A stretch of DNA of 53,450 nt, from positions 1-53,450 of IMG/VR virus record IMGVR_UViG_3300036851_000134. The stretch is one strand, 5' to 3'. Shown here in pieces: positions 10,032-19,260 of this stretch. The translations under genes were made by a program, and so were the position numbers. This DNA is from a virus. Taxonomy: Duplodnaviria > Caudoviricetes. Under the pieces are notes generated by a model that was not told the origin of the DNA, made no database searches, and was given only the letters and a program-made list of their open reading frames with translations. Position 1 is the first letter of the stretch. Each line of letters opens with the position of its first letter.

Positions 10032-11291
10032 ATGGCAGACGACAGCATACTTCAAGGGATTCAGGTTGGTTCGAATCTGTTCACGCAAGCGTTGCAGAAC
10101 CGGCAGCGGCAACAAGCGTTTACGATGGAGATGGCGTCCAAGTCACTTGAACTGCATCAGATGGAAAACAAGATGCAGTTGCAGGTGAACGGTCAGGCTG
10201 CTTTGACGGAGTTCGGCCAAACGATTGCAACGGCGATGGCCGAAGGAACAATCGGCGATCCGGCAACGGAATCCAAGCTCTGGGATATTGGAGCACGGTT
10301 CCCGATGATCGTTGGTTCTGCGCAATGGAATGCAGTTCTTGGACAGGACGGACTCGTGGCTCGAAGTAGATACGCGAAAGCCGGAAAGAAGTTCGCGCAA
10401 GACTTTCAGTTCCAGCTTGAACACGGCGCACCGGCATCTGAGGCGGCTGAGACTGCGTTGCGCCAAGGATTGCCAGAGCTTGCACCGGACAAGATACCGG
10501 AACGCGTGGAGTCGTTGGCGAGGATTGAGAATGCGCGGCGGCAAACGGAAGCTCTGTCAACGTTCCGTGAACGCAAGTTTGAATTGGACGAGCGTAAGAT
10601 GACCAATGAAGATTTGAGGATCAAGCTTGCTGAAGCTGGCGTTGATCAACGTGAGATCGGTCAAATTATCAAGGCGCGAGAGTTGGGTTACGAACTGCAA
10701 CCACGAACAAAAGGTCAAACTCCATCTGAACAACCGGTGTTAACGCCGGTTGAACGTCCGCCGACGACTGGCACTGTATCCAAAACACAACAGGAACTTC
10801 AGTCTACTGACGCGGCGCTGTCTACCCTTGGAGATGCTATTTCGGCCATTCAAAAGAATCCGGATGCGATCGGTTTGCGCGGGTTCGTCGGGTCATTGAC
10901 CGAGAAAGCTAAAGGCCAATTTTCTCCAAGCGAACAAGTGGACACGCGCATAAATGATACACGCCAAAAGGCGTCCATAGCATTTGCGAATATGGCAAAA
11001 AGTTTGAGAGTGGACAGCGGCAACATGAGCCGGTATGAGCTAACCAAGCTCGAACAAGCAGGTGATGTATTGGACTGGACGGAAGCACCGCAAACAGCGC
11101 TTTCGAAACTTCAAAACCTTAAGGATTTGTTGGTGTGGAAAAAGCTTCGTCAAGTCAAAATATTACGCAAGGGTGTCCCGGATTCTTTGCTTCAACAAAT
11201 CCAAGATGCCGACCTTCAAGAGATGGTTCGTGAAGGGTTATTGTCGAAGGATGACGCGAGGAGATGGAAAAACCTGAAACCGATTCTCTGA
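10032..11291 (+). CDS. Internal virion / DNA ejection protein
   Basis: Helical, Q/E/K-rich protein between ejection-type genes; start set at ATG 10032. Confidence 0.55.
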   Translation: MADDSILQGIQVGSNLFTQALQNRQRQQAFTMEMASKSLELHQMENKMQLQVNGQAALTEFGQTIATAMAEGTIGDPATESKLWDIGARFPMIVGSAQWNAVLGQDGLVARSRYAKAGKKFAQDFQFQLEHGAPASEAAETALRQGLPELAPDKIPERVESLARIENARRQTEALSTFRERKFELDERKMTNEDLRIKLAEAGVDQREIGQIIKARELGYELQPRTKGQTPSEQPVLTPVERPPTTGTVSKTQQELQSTDAALSTLGDAISAIQKNPDAIGLRGFVGSLTEKAKGQFSPSEQVDTRINDTRQKASIAFANMAKSLRVDSGNMSRYELTKLEQAGDVLDWTEAPQTALSKLQNLKDLLVWKKLRQVKILRKGVPDSLLQQIQDADLQEMVREGLLSKDDARRWKNLKPIL

Positions 11292-11292
11292 A

Positions 11293-14220
11293 ATGGCTGA
11301 TCTCCGTTCATTGTCCGATCAAGACTTCGATTTGTTCCTGGACGGTTTAACAAGGGAAACCGCTCCTGAGCGTGTTCCGGACGCAAACGAACTTCCGGCG
11401 GTCGCACTCGAGACTCAGGCTGCATTGGAAACCGCCAATGCTCAGATTCGCGGCCAGTTGAGCCCTGATTTTTTGATGGAAGCAGGCAACCGCGCGCGCG
11501 GTATGCGATCTGATGTCTTTTTGGATATTTCCAAGGGCGCACCGGCAGGCACACGGTTTAAGCTTGGGTTGGATCAAAATCAGTTGAACCAATTCAAATT
11601 GCTTTCCAAGATCTACGGCGTTGAGAATGTTGATTTCAGCCCGGAAGGTCGGTTGATAATCCGCAATCAAACTGGCGAAGGCGGCGAACGCCGTGATATT
11701 CTGGTTGATCCAGTTGGAGTAGATCCGGGCGATTTCGCTGAAATTGGTTCTCAAGCTATCCCGATGGTTGTCGGAGGTTTGGCGGCGAGGTTCGGGCTGA
11801 AAGCTAAGAGTCCAGTTGGGAAAGTTGCTCTTGGAACAACGGCTATGGCTGGCGCAACTGCGGCGACGGGCGGTGCCCAAGATGTGTTCGTCAGGTGGCT
11901 TCAAGATAACGAAATCGACTTTTCAGAAGTCGCGCGCGAACGCGCCAAACAAGCTGTTGCGGATGAAGTTTTAGGGTTCGCAATGGCGGGCGGTTCCAAG
12001 GTTGCGTCAAAGACGTTGGAAGGGCTCGCCGGGACACTTGGCATTTCAACCGGTCGAACCGGGACACAAGCTGCCAAGGAAGGATTGAAGGCTAAAACGG
12101 GCGTCGATTATCCGTTGTCACCCGGGCAATCATCCGAAAACAAGGTCCTGTTACGGCTTGAAAGCATGATCGGCGAACGTATCGGCACAGCCGGGTCAAT
12201 GGATAGAATTCGCAAGGCGCAAATGGACGCTGAAAACGAATTGCGCCGTGTGTTTCTTGGTTTGCCTCGGACCCTGACAGATGATGAATTGGCAGCGGCG
12301 CTCCCGGCTGCGGATCGCGTTGGTCAACGTGGATTGCAACGGCTCGGAACAGAAGCGTTGAGGTTGGAAGGTGGAGTTTCAAAAGCTGTTCAAGCAATTG
12401 AAAAGACCGGCACCGCAGAAGTTCAAGCACTTGGCACGGTGAATCTTGAAAGGCCATTCAGTGTCACGGAAGTTGGCAGGCTGGCGAGGCAAAGAGTCGT
12501 ATCTGACTTCGAGAGTTTCAAGGGAAAGATGGGCGAACGTTACGAGGAGTTCCTGAGTAAACCGGAGATTTCTGAACGCACAGTATCCGGATCATCGTTG
12601 GCAAAGGCGATTAAGAAAGCTGAATCTCAATTAACACCGGCTGCAACCAGAACAAAACAAGTTGAAACAGGGTTAACCGATGATCTTGGATTTCCTCTCA
12701 CAGAAACCAAAGATGTAACAGAGGAGCTTTCAGCTTTTGTTACATCCAAGGTGAAGTCATTTTTCTCTGAACTGAAGTCTCTCAAGGGTGCCAAAGTTTC
12801 GGTGAATGATCTGAAACAGATTCGCACTTCAATTGACAATGCGATTTCCGAAGGTGTGGCAATTCCTGGAACAGACGTTAAACAGCTTACAACCATGCGC
12901 GGTATCGTAAGTGAATCCATCGATGACGCTTTGAAAGGGATGGATGACAAATCGTTGTTCGGCCAATGGGAAGCGTTGAATCAAGACTGGAAGAAAGGCA
13001 TGGAACGGTTCGACCGCACAGCCATTCGCCCAATGTTGATCAAAGAAGGCGAAAAGGGAAGCGTCGGTAACACGCAAATTGCCGAAAGCGTTATCGGCAA
13101 TGAAGCTGGTGCGCTAGATCGGTACAACGATTTCAAATCGTTTTTCGGTGCGTCCTCGAACGAATTTCAAGCGCTCCAGGCTGCGGCACGACAATCAGCG
13201 TTGCTCGGAGCACTCAGTGAAACCAGCGGTTACGTAGACGGTCAAATCCTTCGCGCACGATTGCGTCCTGAAGCTTTGCGTCCTGAGGTTGCCATGGAAC
13301 TTTTCGGCGCGAACAAACAGGAACTTCATCGTGTCGGTGAAGTCTTGGCTGCGGCACAAGGGAAGATCGATGTAAACGATTTGATCAAACTTGGTCAGAG
13401 CAAAAGCTTTACCGCATCCAAAGTTGCGGATTTGGTGAAGGCTGAATCGGAGCGTGCTGCGGCCTACAATAACAAGCTGATCAAGGCCGCGGCGCGCGGC
13501 TCGGCGGGTGCAGAAACAATCAAGCCAAGTGAGTTCGTGCGTTACGCGACTGACATGGACCCGGACGACGCAATGAAAGTAATGGGAATATTAGTTCATC
13601 AACCAGGATTGATTGAAGATATACGACGGATAGCCATTGAAGATGTTTGGGCGAAAATCAAAACTGGGATTCAAGGTCATGGATTGGTTTCAAAGACGTT
13701 GGTCGAAAAATCGCTTGGTAACGATCTCCAGCAACGCACTCTTTCAACTATTATCGGAGGTGACACCATCAATACCCTGAAGGATTTAGCTGAAGTAGTC
13801 GGTTCAAGAGAAATATCAGCTACAACTTTCAAAGGTGGCGGAAGATTGGCTGGTGCAGCGGATCTCAGCAGGCTCATGCTCCAAGGTGAAATTGGATCGT
13901 TGAAAGACATTGGAACGCGATACCTGCTTGGCTTCCTTTATTCCGGGCCGCTCCGCAAGTCCGTAACCAACCTGGCTACGTCAAATGATCGGTCGCGATT
14001 TCTCAATGCCGTCATTGCGAGCACGCCGTTCGTTGAAGGCGTTCTGGATGAGTTCGGACCCGATGCCGGACTTGGCATCATGGGCGAACTTCGAAGCTTG
14101 ATTGAACCGATGCAAAAGCGTTCTATGCAGGTGCAGGGTCAATTGCCGTCTCAAGATTTGGATTTGCGCTCGTTGTCCGCGGAGGAATTCAATCAATTGA
14201 TCGATCGCGCAGCCCAGTAA
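11293..14220 (+). CDS. Large internal virion / DNA ejection protein
   Basis: 975 aa, helical and Ala/Gly-rich with hydrophobic segments; last large gene of the virion module. Confidence 0.6.
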   Translation: MADLRSLSDQDFDLFLDGLTRETAPERVPDANELPAVALETQAALETANAQIRGQLSPDFLMEAGNRARGMRSDVFLDISKGAPAGTRFKLGLDQNQLNQFKLLSKIYGVENVDFSPEGRLIIRNQTGEGGERRDILVDPVGVDPGDFAEIGSQAIPMVVGGLAARFGLKAKSPVGKVALGTTAMAGATAATGGAQDVFVRWLQDNEIDFSEVARERAKQAVADEVLGFAMAGGSKVASKTLEGLAGTLGISTGRTGTQAAKEGLKAKTGVDYPLSPGQSSENKVLLRLESMIGERIGTAGSMDRIRKAQMDAENELRRVFLGLPRTLTDDELAAALPAADRVGQRGLQRLGTEALRLEGGVSKAVQAIEKTGTAEVQALGTVNLERPFSVTEVGRLARQRVVSDFESFKGKMGERYEEFLSKPEISERTVSGSSLAKAIKKAESQLTPAATRTKQVETGLTDDLGFPLTETKDVTEELSAFVTSKVKSFFSELKSLKGAKVSVNDLKQIRTSIDNAISEGVAIPGTDVKQLTTMRGIVSESIDDALKGMDDKSLFGQWEALNQDWKKGMERFDRTAIRPMLIKEGEKGSVGNTQIAESVIGNEAGALDRYNDFKSFFGASSNEFQALQAAARQSALLGALSETSGYVDGQILRARLRPEALRPEVAMELFGANKQELHRVGEVLAAAQGKIDVNDLIKLGQSKSFTASKVADLVKAESERAAAYNNKLIKAAARGSAGAETIKPSEFVRYATDMDPDDAMKVMGILVHQPGLIEDIRRIAIEDVWAKIKTGIQGHGLVSKTLVEKSLGNDLQQRTLSTIIGGDTINTLKDLAEVVGSREISATTFKGGGRLAGAADLSRLMLQGEIGSLKDIGTRYLLGFLYSGPLRKSVTNLATSNDRSRFLNAVIASTPFVEGVLDEFGPDAGLGIMGELRSLIEPMQKRSMQVQGQLPSQDLDLRSLSAEEFNQLIDRAAQ

Positions 14221-14221
14221 G

Positions 14222-14347
14222 ATGCCCTACAGCCAAAAAGCACACAATTTCTTTGCGCTCTGCTCGAAGTCTCCGGGTAAAGCCAAGAAGAAATGCCCGC
14301 CCAAAGCCACAGCGAAAAAGCTGATGAGCCACGGTGTTAAACGCTGA
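14222..14347 (+). CDS. Small basic hypothetical protein (41 aa)
   Basis: MPYSQKAHNFFALCSKSPGKAKKKCPPKATAKKLMSHGVKR starts 1 nt after the upstream stop. Confidence 0.5.
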   Translation: MPYSQKAHNFFALCSKSPGKAKKKCPPKATAKKLMSHGVKR

Positions 14348-14427
14348 AATTGCGTTTTCACCGAAATCGGTTCGTCCCTGTTTTGGTCCATTTCACCCCT
14401 GAAACAGTCCACTTCGTCCCATAAAGC

Positions 14428-14456
14428 TTGACACTCTTTTCGGCTGACAATATTCT
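14428..14456 (+). promoter_or_regulatory. Sigma70-type promoter firing antisense into the early operon
   Basis: TTGACA-N17-TATTCT. Confidence 0.55.
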
Positions 14457-14485
14457 GCCTCTAGGTTTTGCGTTTGATCATTGTC

Positions 14486-14575
14486 TCAACTTCCAGTTGC
14501 TAAAAGCATCACGATGAGTGATGCGGTTGCCAGTGCGAAACCAACGAACCAAACGGTTGCTCCTCGGTGGTTCAT
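14486..14575 (-). CDS. 29-aa hydrophobic peptide
   Basis: MNHRGATVWFVGFALATASLIVMLLATGS; ATGA overlap with the upstream gene. Confidence 0.45.
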   Translation of the reverse strand: MNHRGATVWFVGFALATASLIVMLLATGS

Positions 14576-14763
14576 TTGGTTAACGGTGATACCCAGTGAA
14601 ACCCTCGACCCTCGCAAGCCGGATAATCGTAGGACCGGAACGGAACGCGCTTGGTGATCCGTCCCAGTCCATCGCAATGAACGCACTGTCTCTTGGTGAA
14701 ACCGTTGGCAAGAAGCTTTCGATCGGCTTCGAACTCGGTTAACAGTTCCACGTTGCTTTTCAC
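14572..14763 (-). CDS. Small DnaJ-type zinc-finger protein
   Basis: CVHCDGLG ... PACEGRG motifs. Confidence 0.6.
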   Translation of the reverse strand: MKSNVELLTEFEADRKLLANGFTKRQCVHCDGLGRITKRVPFRSYDYPACEGRGFHWVSPLTK

Positions 14764-15473
14764 ACGCGCACTTCCTTTTCAATCCGGATGTTCGCCAGAC
14801 CCGGACACGCTGTCATACCGCCTTTGATCGCCTCGGCAATGCGCGACTTGGACGGCGCGATGTCGCACAGGTCAGGACGCGCCTGAACCAAGGCGAGAAC
14901 GTCCGTCACGTCGTAGCGCGGCACGTCGCAATGCCGTGTTCCTGCGACTTTGACCGGCGGCGCTGGCATTGCAGCGGTTAAAACCGCCATGACCATAGCG
15001 CCAGCTTGATCGGCTTGCGCGGCCAAGTTTGACGCTTCGTTCTCGGTATCGGCAAACACCATGGCTGCCTCGGCGGCGGCGCGTTCGCGTTCGAGCCGTG
15101 CGAGTTCCGCCTGCCGTGCGCGTTCGGCTTCCTGCGCTTTTCGTTCCTGTTCGACTGTGTAAGCGGTGATCATGCGGCCAAGCCGGAAAATCTCGATGTC
15201 CAGCGGCGTGACGAAATCCTTGGCAACTGTGTCAATCCGTTTGCCGAGGTCCATCACAGGTCCCTTGAGCAACTTGCGCGTGTCCTCGACCTGTTTGACA
15301 GCAGCTTTAAGATCCCGGCAGGTATCGACGGCAACGCGCTGTTGTTGGTCGGTGTAGACGGCTTCGACCGCTTGCGCGGAAGCGATCAGTTGATCGCGCA
15401 CTTCAAGAGCCGCGACGTTCATTTCGACCGGCACACGGGCCAAGTCGCCTTTCAATTCAATCGGTGTGTTCAT
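14760..15473 (-). CDS. Coiled-coil phage protein of the recombination module
   Basis: K.VEDTRK.LK.PV.D.GK.ID helical pattern followed by an Ala/Glu-rich coil. Confidence 0.6.
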   Translation of the reverse strand: MNTPIELKGDLARVPVEMNVAALEVRDQLIASAQAVEAVYTDQQQRVAVDTCRDLKAAVKQVEDTRKLLKGPVMDLGKRIDTVAKDFVTPLDIEIFRLGRMITAYTVEQERKAQEAERARQAELARLERERAAAEAAMVFADTENEASNLAAQADQAGAMVMAVLTAAMPAPPVKVAGTRHCDVPRYDVTDVLALVQARPDLCDIAPSKSRIAEAIKGGMTACPGLANIRIEKEVRV

Positions 15474-15495
15474 TTGTCATTTTGGTTTGTTTGTT

Positions 15496-15729
15496 TTATC
15501 TTTCGACTTTGCAGACAGTCGCCGCGCCCGCATCGGTGTCGATTTCGATAGTGACGAATTCACCGAATTGAATCCACGGTTTGCATTGCTGTTTCAATTG
15601 TCGGCAACGCACTTGCATGATTTCTACGCGTTCTTGAGCGCCGCCAATTTCAACGCTGTCATTTGCAACGGCCTCCCAGATGGATGCATTTATTCCGTCC
15701 GGGTCTTTGAGTGTGATTTTCAGTTTCAT
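15496..15729 (-). CDS. Hypothetical protein
   Basis: AAAAGGACAAAA ribosome-binding site upstream; MKLKITLKDPDG...EFVTIEIDT. Confidence 0.6.
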   Translation of the reverse strand: MKLKITLKDPDGINASIWEAVANDSVEIGGAQERVEIMQVRCRQLKQQCKPWIQFGEFVTIEIDTDAGAATVCKVER

Positions 15730-15894
15730 GCTATTTTGTCCTTTTGGTTGTTATTTGTTGTAAAGTTTCATCGAAAGCAACGGCTTCCCGTCGTCTCTTT
15801 TCAATCTCTTGTTGCAACCCATATTCCCACCACCATTTAGGAACCGGCGCGAATGTTGTGCAAGGTTGAGACTGTGATTTGGGTGGGTTGATTT

Positions 15895-16077
15895 TCACGG
15901 AATCTGATCCTTCAATTCGCCGATTTCGTTCTCCAATTCGCCGATCTCATCATTCAAATCGCTTGCTTCTCTCTCCAGTTCTTCGATTCGTTTTTCAAGT
16001 TTTTCCATGTGAAAACAGGCTGGGCATGTGTATCCTTCAAAACACACTTCGTCATGGTTTTTGTTGCAAAGGTTCAT
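15895..16077 (-). CDS. Zinc-binding plus coiled-coil small protein
   Basis: C...H...CPAC then an acidic heptad coil; AAAGGACAA RBS. Confidence 0.6.
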   Translation of the reverse strand: MNLCNKNHDEVCFEGYTCPACFHMEKLEKRIEELEREASDLNDEIGELENEIGELKDQIP

Positions 16078-16271
16078 TTGTCCTTTTTGTTCTGCGGCGC
16101 ACTCGCCTTTTCCGCTGAAATCTGTTGGTCAATGGATTTGATCCTGTCACCGATTGATCGCCATTGCCGCCCGAGTTCATGGTGCAAGCCCTGAAGATAC
16201 AGTTTCTCGGATTCCAACATCCAGACACGATTGGAAATTGCTTGCCTGATAGATGTTGAGAAAATCTTCAT
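16074..16271 (-). CDS. Hypothetical protein
   Basis: Translationally coupled on both sides. Confidence 0.5.
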   Translation of the reverse strand: MKIFSTSIRQAISNRVWMLESEKLYLQGLHHELGRQWRSIGDRIKSIDQQISAEKASAPQNKKDK

Positions 16272-16648
16272 TGCTCCGGTGGGTTATATTCGTCGCCTTG
16301 TTCTTCTGGAATTAAACAGTCCACCGACTTCCCTCGGTATGTACATTTGTAGCACCACCCGAAGCCGCTGTGCTTCACGAAGTCCAGAGCATTGAGCGCA
16401 ACCCAGAGTCCTTCCAGGTCTATTTTCGCCACTTGCCGGATGCGATAGAGCACGATATCGCAATCTTTCCGTATGCCTTGCTTGTAGAGCAGTCCGCCCG
16501 TCAGCGCAACATGGCAGCCATACTTCGGGCAGATGGTTTCAATTTTGAAGCAAAGTTCGATGGCTTCGGATCGAGTCCATTGGACTTCTTCTGACAAGTC
16601 GCTAGAGGCAACCGCGGAAGCGCCGGTCTGTAGTCCGATTAATTTCAT
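16268..16648 (-). CDS. Minimal Pol-beta-like nucleotidyltransferase-fold protein
   Basis: hALTGG.L....KDCDIh motif plus a distal VD.h, matching the hG[GS]x(n)DxD signature. Confidence 0.55.
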   Translation of the reverse strand: MKLIGLQTGASAVASSDLSEEVQWTRSEAIELCFKIETICPKYGCHVALTGGLLYKQGIRKDCDIVLYRIRQVAKIDLEGLWVALNALDFVKHSGFGWCYKCTYRGKSVDCLIPEEQGDEYNPPEQ

Positions 16649-18726
16649 GCTATTGCTTCCATTGGTTTCTTCCAGCCGTTATCCGACCATGCTTGCAAAA
16701 TCTTGCTTGCTTCCGCTTTGCTCAGGTCCGTTGGGTATCCGTGTTTTTTCAACCAAATGCTTTGGCGCGGTGTGCAAGCGCCACTTGCCCAGCTCCGGAA
16801 CAGATCGCGCACGATCTGTTGTCCTTGTGCTGGTGTCAGCTTGCCCGGATCAAACCCTTGCTGCCGTAAAATGCGCTGTTGTTTTTCGGACAGTGGCGCG
16901 CCGTTTGTCCGCGCAACATTCCGTTGCGGCATTACGGCCATCGCATCAAATGGATCGATCGTTTGTGTGGTATATCGCACCTTGGCGATGATGCGCGCTT
17001 TCCGTGCGGCCTCGCGCGCCTTCCTTTCCTCAGCTTCCTTGCGCAACTCTTCCGCTGATTGCTTCAACGCTTCCAACATCGACACGCCATTTTTTGCGTT
17101 CTCAGCTTTCTTCTTGGCGCGAATGATGGCGTCATTGCCCATCTTACCGCCGAGAACATCTGCGGTCGTGATCAGCTTGTGTTTGCCGGAGTTCCCGACA
17201 AAATCGATGATTGTCGCTTTCGGTTTTACCGATAGCGCAATGGCCATGCGTCGTTCGTGCGGTGCGTCGAGTCCATCCACAACACCCGGTAATGGACGCA
17301 ACCCGCGCCCACAAATCTGTGTGTAAAGACATCGGCTCTTGGTCGGTCGCCCTTGAATGATCACTTCAACTTCGGGTGCGTCGAACCCTTCGGTTGCGAC
17401 CATGCAATTTGCGAGCACCTGAAATTTGCCAGCAGAAAAGTCCCTGATCAATTCGCGTCGTTGTTCTTTGGGCGTTTCGCCGCTGACAAACGCCGCCATA
17501 CCAGGTCGATGCCGGTTAAATATTTCACAGGCCATCTCCGCTTGTTTCACCGACGCGGCAAACAAGATCGCGCGACGTGTGCTAATCAGTTCGATAGCGG
17601 CACCGGCAATGCCTTGCACATTCCGTTCCTGTTCCATGAGCGCCGCAAGGTCCGCGCCGTTCAAATCGCCTGCGGTTGTTCGAACATGGGAGAAATCCAA
17701 ACCGCTGACATGCACGATCTGTTGTTCGACCGGCACAAGCCAGCCATCCTCGATGCCGCAAAGAATGTCGTATTTGAACGCAACGGAATCGCACACCTTG
17801 GCAAGTGCCTGTTCATCGGCACGATCCGGCGTTGCCGTCACACCAAGTATTTTTAAGTCAGGGTTCTGTTTGAAATAGTTCAGCACTTGCATGTACGACG
17901 CGGCTGGCATGTGATGGCAATTGTGGACTAAATAGCCATTAGCGAAGTAATTGTGTGCGGATTCAACTTCGAGATTGTAAACGTAACCGCCCGGACACAA
18001 TCCTCCAAATGTTCCATCACTTGTTGGTTCGAGAATCTCAATATTGTCCACCCGATCGAATTCAAGAAAAGGAGGTTTATCTGTTATGAATTTACGTACC
18101 AGGCTCCCGTCGATAAGTAAACTCGCTTTGGTCCATCTTCCGAAGGAAAGAAATGGATGCTCAGGAGTGCAGATTACGGCGTCACCCGATGCAAATTGAA
18201 TTTGCAGCAATGCGTTAGGTTTTCGTCGAAATGTCCGCGTTACGCGACGCTGGAGAATCCTCCCATCATCAACGCACCAAACCAATTGTCCGGCTTCGAT
18301 CTTTTCAATAGGAATCTCGTCAACCATTGTTCCAGCCGGGAAACATTCATCGATTATCAAGCACGAGAAATCCGTTGGTTTGAAGCGCGTCATTCGTTTG
18401 CGATCCTTGGGTCCGCTGACGAGCGTTTGCACGCTGGCAATGACAACGGACGTTGCATTGAACAAGCTCGTTTGCGCTGTGCGATCCGCCATTTCAATCT
18501 CGCACGGTATTCCGAATGCTTTTTCCAACCGATGTTTGGCTTGAAAGATCAACTCTTCGCGGTGCGCAATGACGAGCGTGCGCTTTGGCAACAGGCGGCG
18601 GATGACTTCGCAGAAGACCGTAGTTTTCCCTGTGCCTGTCCCGGCTACGACAAGCGTTGATCGCACCTTTTCCCATTCGGAAAAAATGCAGTCAACAGCG
18701 TGAGTCTGGTAGTCGCGCAGGTCCAT
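16645..18726 (-). CDS. Superfamily 2 DExH helicase containing an intein
   Basis: LRDYQ, Walker A GTGTGKT, DE/CHH (split by the intein), TATP, TEGFD.P and QICGRGLR motifs. Confidence 0.95.
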   Translation of the reverse strand: MDLRDYQTHAVDCIFSEWEKVRSTLVVAGTGTGKTTVFCEVIRRLLPKRTLVIAHREELIFQAKHRLEKAFGIPCEIEMADRTAQTSLFNATSVVIASVQTLVSGPKDRKRMTRFKPTDFSCLIIDECFPAGTMVDEIPIEKIEAGQLVWCVDDGRILQRRVTRTFRRKPNALLQIQFASGDAVICTPEHPFLSFGRWTKASLLIDGSLVRKFITDKPPFLEFDRVDNIEILEPTSDGTFGGLCPGGYVYNLEVESAHNYFANGYLVHNCHHMPAASYMQVLNYFKQNPDLKILGVTATPDRADEQALAKVCDSVAFKYDILCGIEDGWLVPVEQQIVHVSGLDFSHVRTTAGDLNGADLAALMEQERNVQGIAGAAIELISTRRAILFAASVKQAEMACEIFNRHRPGMAAFVSGETPKEQRRELIRDFSAGKFQVLANCMVATEGFDAPEVEVIIQGRPTKSRCLYTQICGRGLRPLPGVVDGLDAPHERRMAIALSVKPKATIIDFVGNSGKHKLITTADVLGGKMGNDAIIRAKKKAENAKNGVSMLEALKQSAEELRKEAEERKAREAARKARIIAKVRYTTQTIDPFDAMAVMPQRNVARTNGAPLSEKQQRILRQQGFDPGKLTPAQGQQIVRDLFRSWASGACTPRQSIWLKKHGYPTDLSKAEASKILQAWSDNGWKKPMEAIA
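17920..18345 (-). mobile_element. Mini-intein (142 aa, no homing endonuclease) in helicase motif II
   Basis: Starts CFPAGT, block B TPEHPF, ends VYNLEV...HNYFANGYLVHN followed by Cys +1. Splicing restores DECHH. Confidence 0.93.
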
Positions 18727-18839
18727 GTTCAGGTATGCAGTCTATGCTTTGTTATGCTCCTTGGCGCAGCGTCTCGCCAATTCAAGTGTCATTGTGCTTT
18801 CGGGAGTCATGGTTATTCGCCGCCATAGTAGGTAAAGTT

Positions 18840-19076
18840 TCAAAACGGAAAATCGTCATCATCTTTACTTGCGCTCTGAGGTTGTGCGTCGGCTTTTTCG
18901 TCCTTGCGCTTGAATGAAAGCGTGATGAACTGGCCTCTGTTGCCTTCCTTGATCCAACCGCTGATCCAATATTCAACGCCCGCGATGGTGGCGCTGCCTT
19001 GGCGGTCTGGGTGACTGTCTTTTTCTTTCCGGTCATTGTTGAAGATGATGCCGGAGTTGTCGTATTGGGTTTTCAT
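18840..19076 (-). CDS. Small single-stranded DNA-binding protein
   Basis: N.RKEKDSHPD.QG...I.G.EYWISGW motif and acidic-aromatic tail DDDDFPF. Confidence 0.75.
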   Translation of the reverse strand: MKTQYDNSGIIFNNDRKEKDSHPDRQGSATIAGVEYWISGWIKEGNRGQFITLSFKRKDEKADAQPQSASKDDDDFPF

Positions 19077-19260
19077 TTTTACAGGTATCGCAGAATTCCG
19101 TTTCGTGTTCAGCTAAAACCCTCTTGCACTCGTCGCAGCGCGGCGCGCAATTGTCGCACAGATCAAAGCGCACGGATGCGGACATGGGCGCGCCGCATTG
19201 ACAACGCGCAACGTCAAAGTGCGGATTGGACGGGAGGAGATCGCCGGGTAGATCATTCAT
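19033..19260 (-). CDS. Small multi-CxxC zinc-finger protein
   Basis: CQCG, CDNC, CDEC and CDTC. Confidence 0.5.
   Translation of the reverse strand: MNDLPGDLLPSNPHFDVARCQCGAPMSASVRFDLCDNCAPRCDECKRVLAEHETEFCDTCKNENPIRQLRHHLQQ

Noticed and set aside
15999-16017. parS-like sequence TTTTCCATGTGAAAACA
   Set aside because: It has several mismatches to TGTTTCACGTGAAACA, is a single copy within a CDS, and no parA/parB is recognised.
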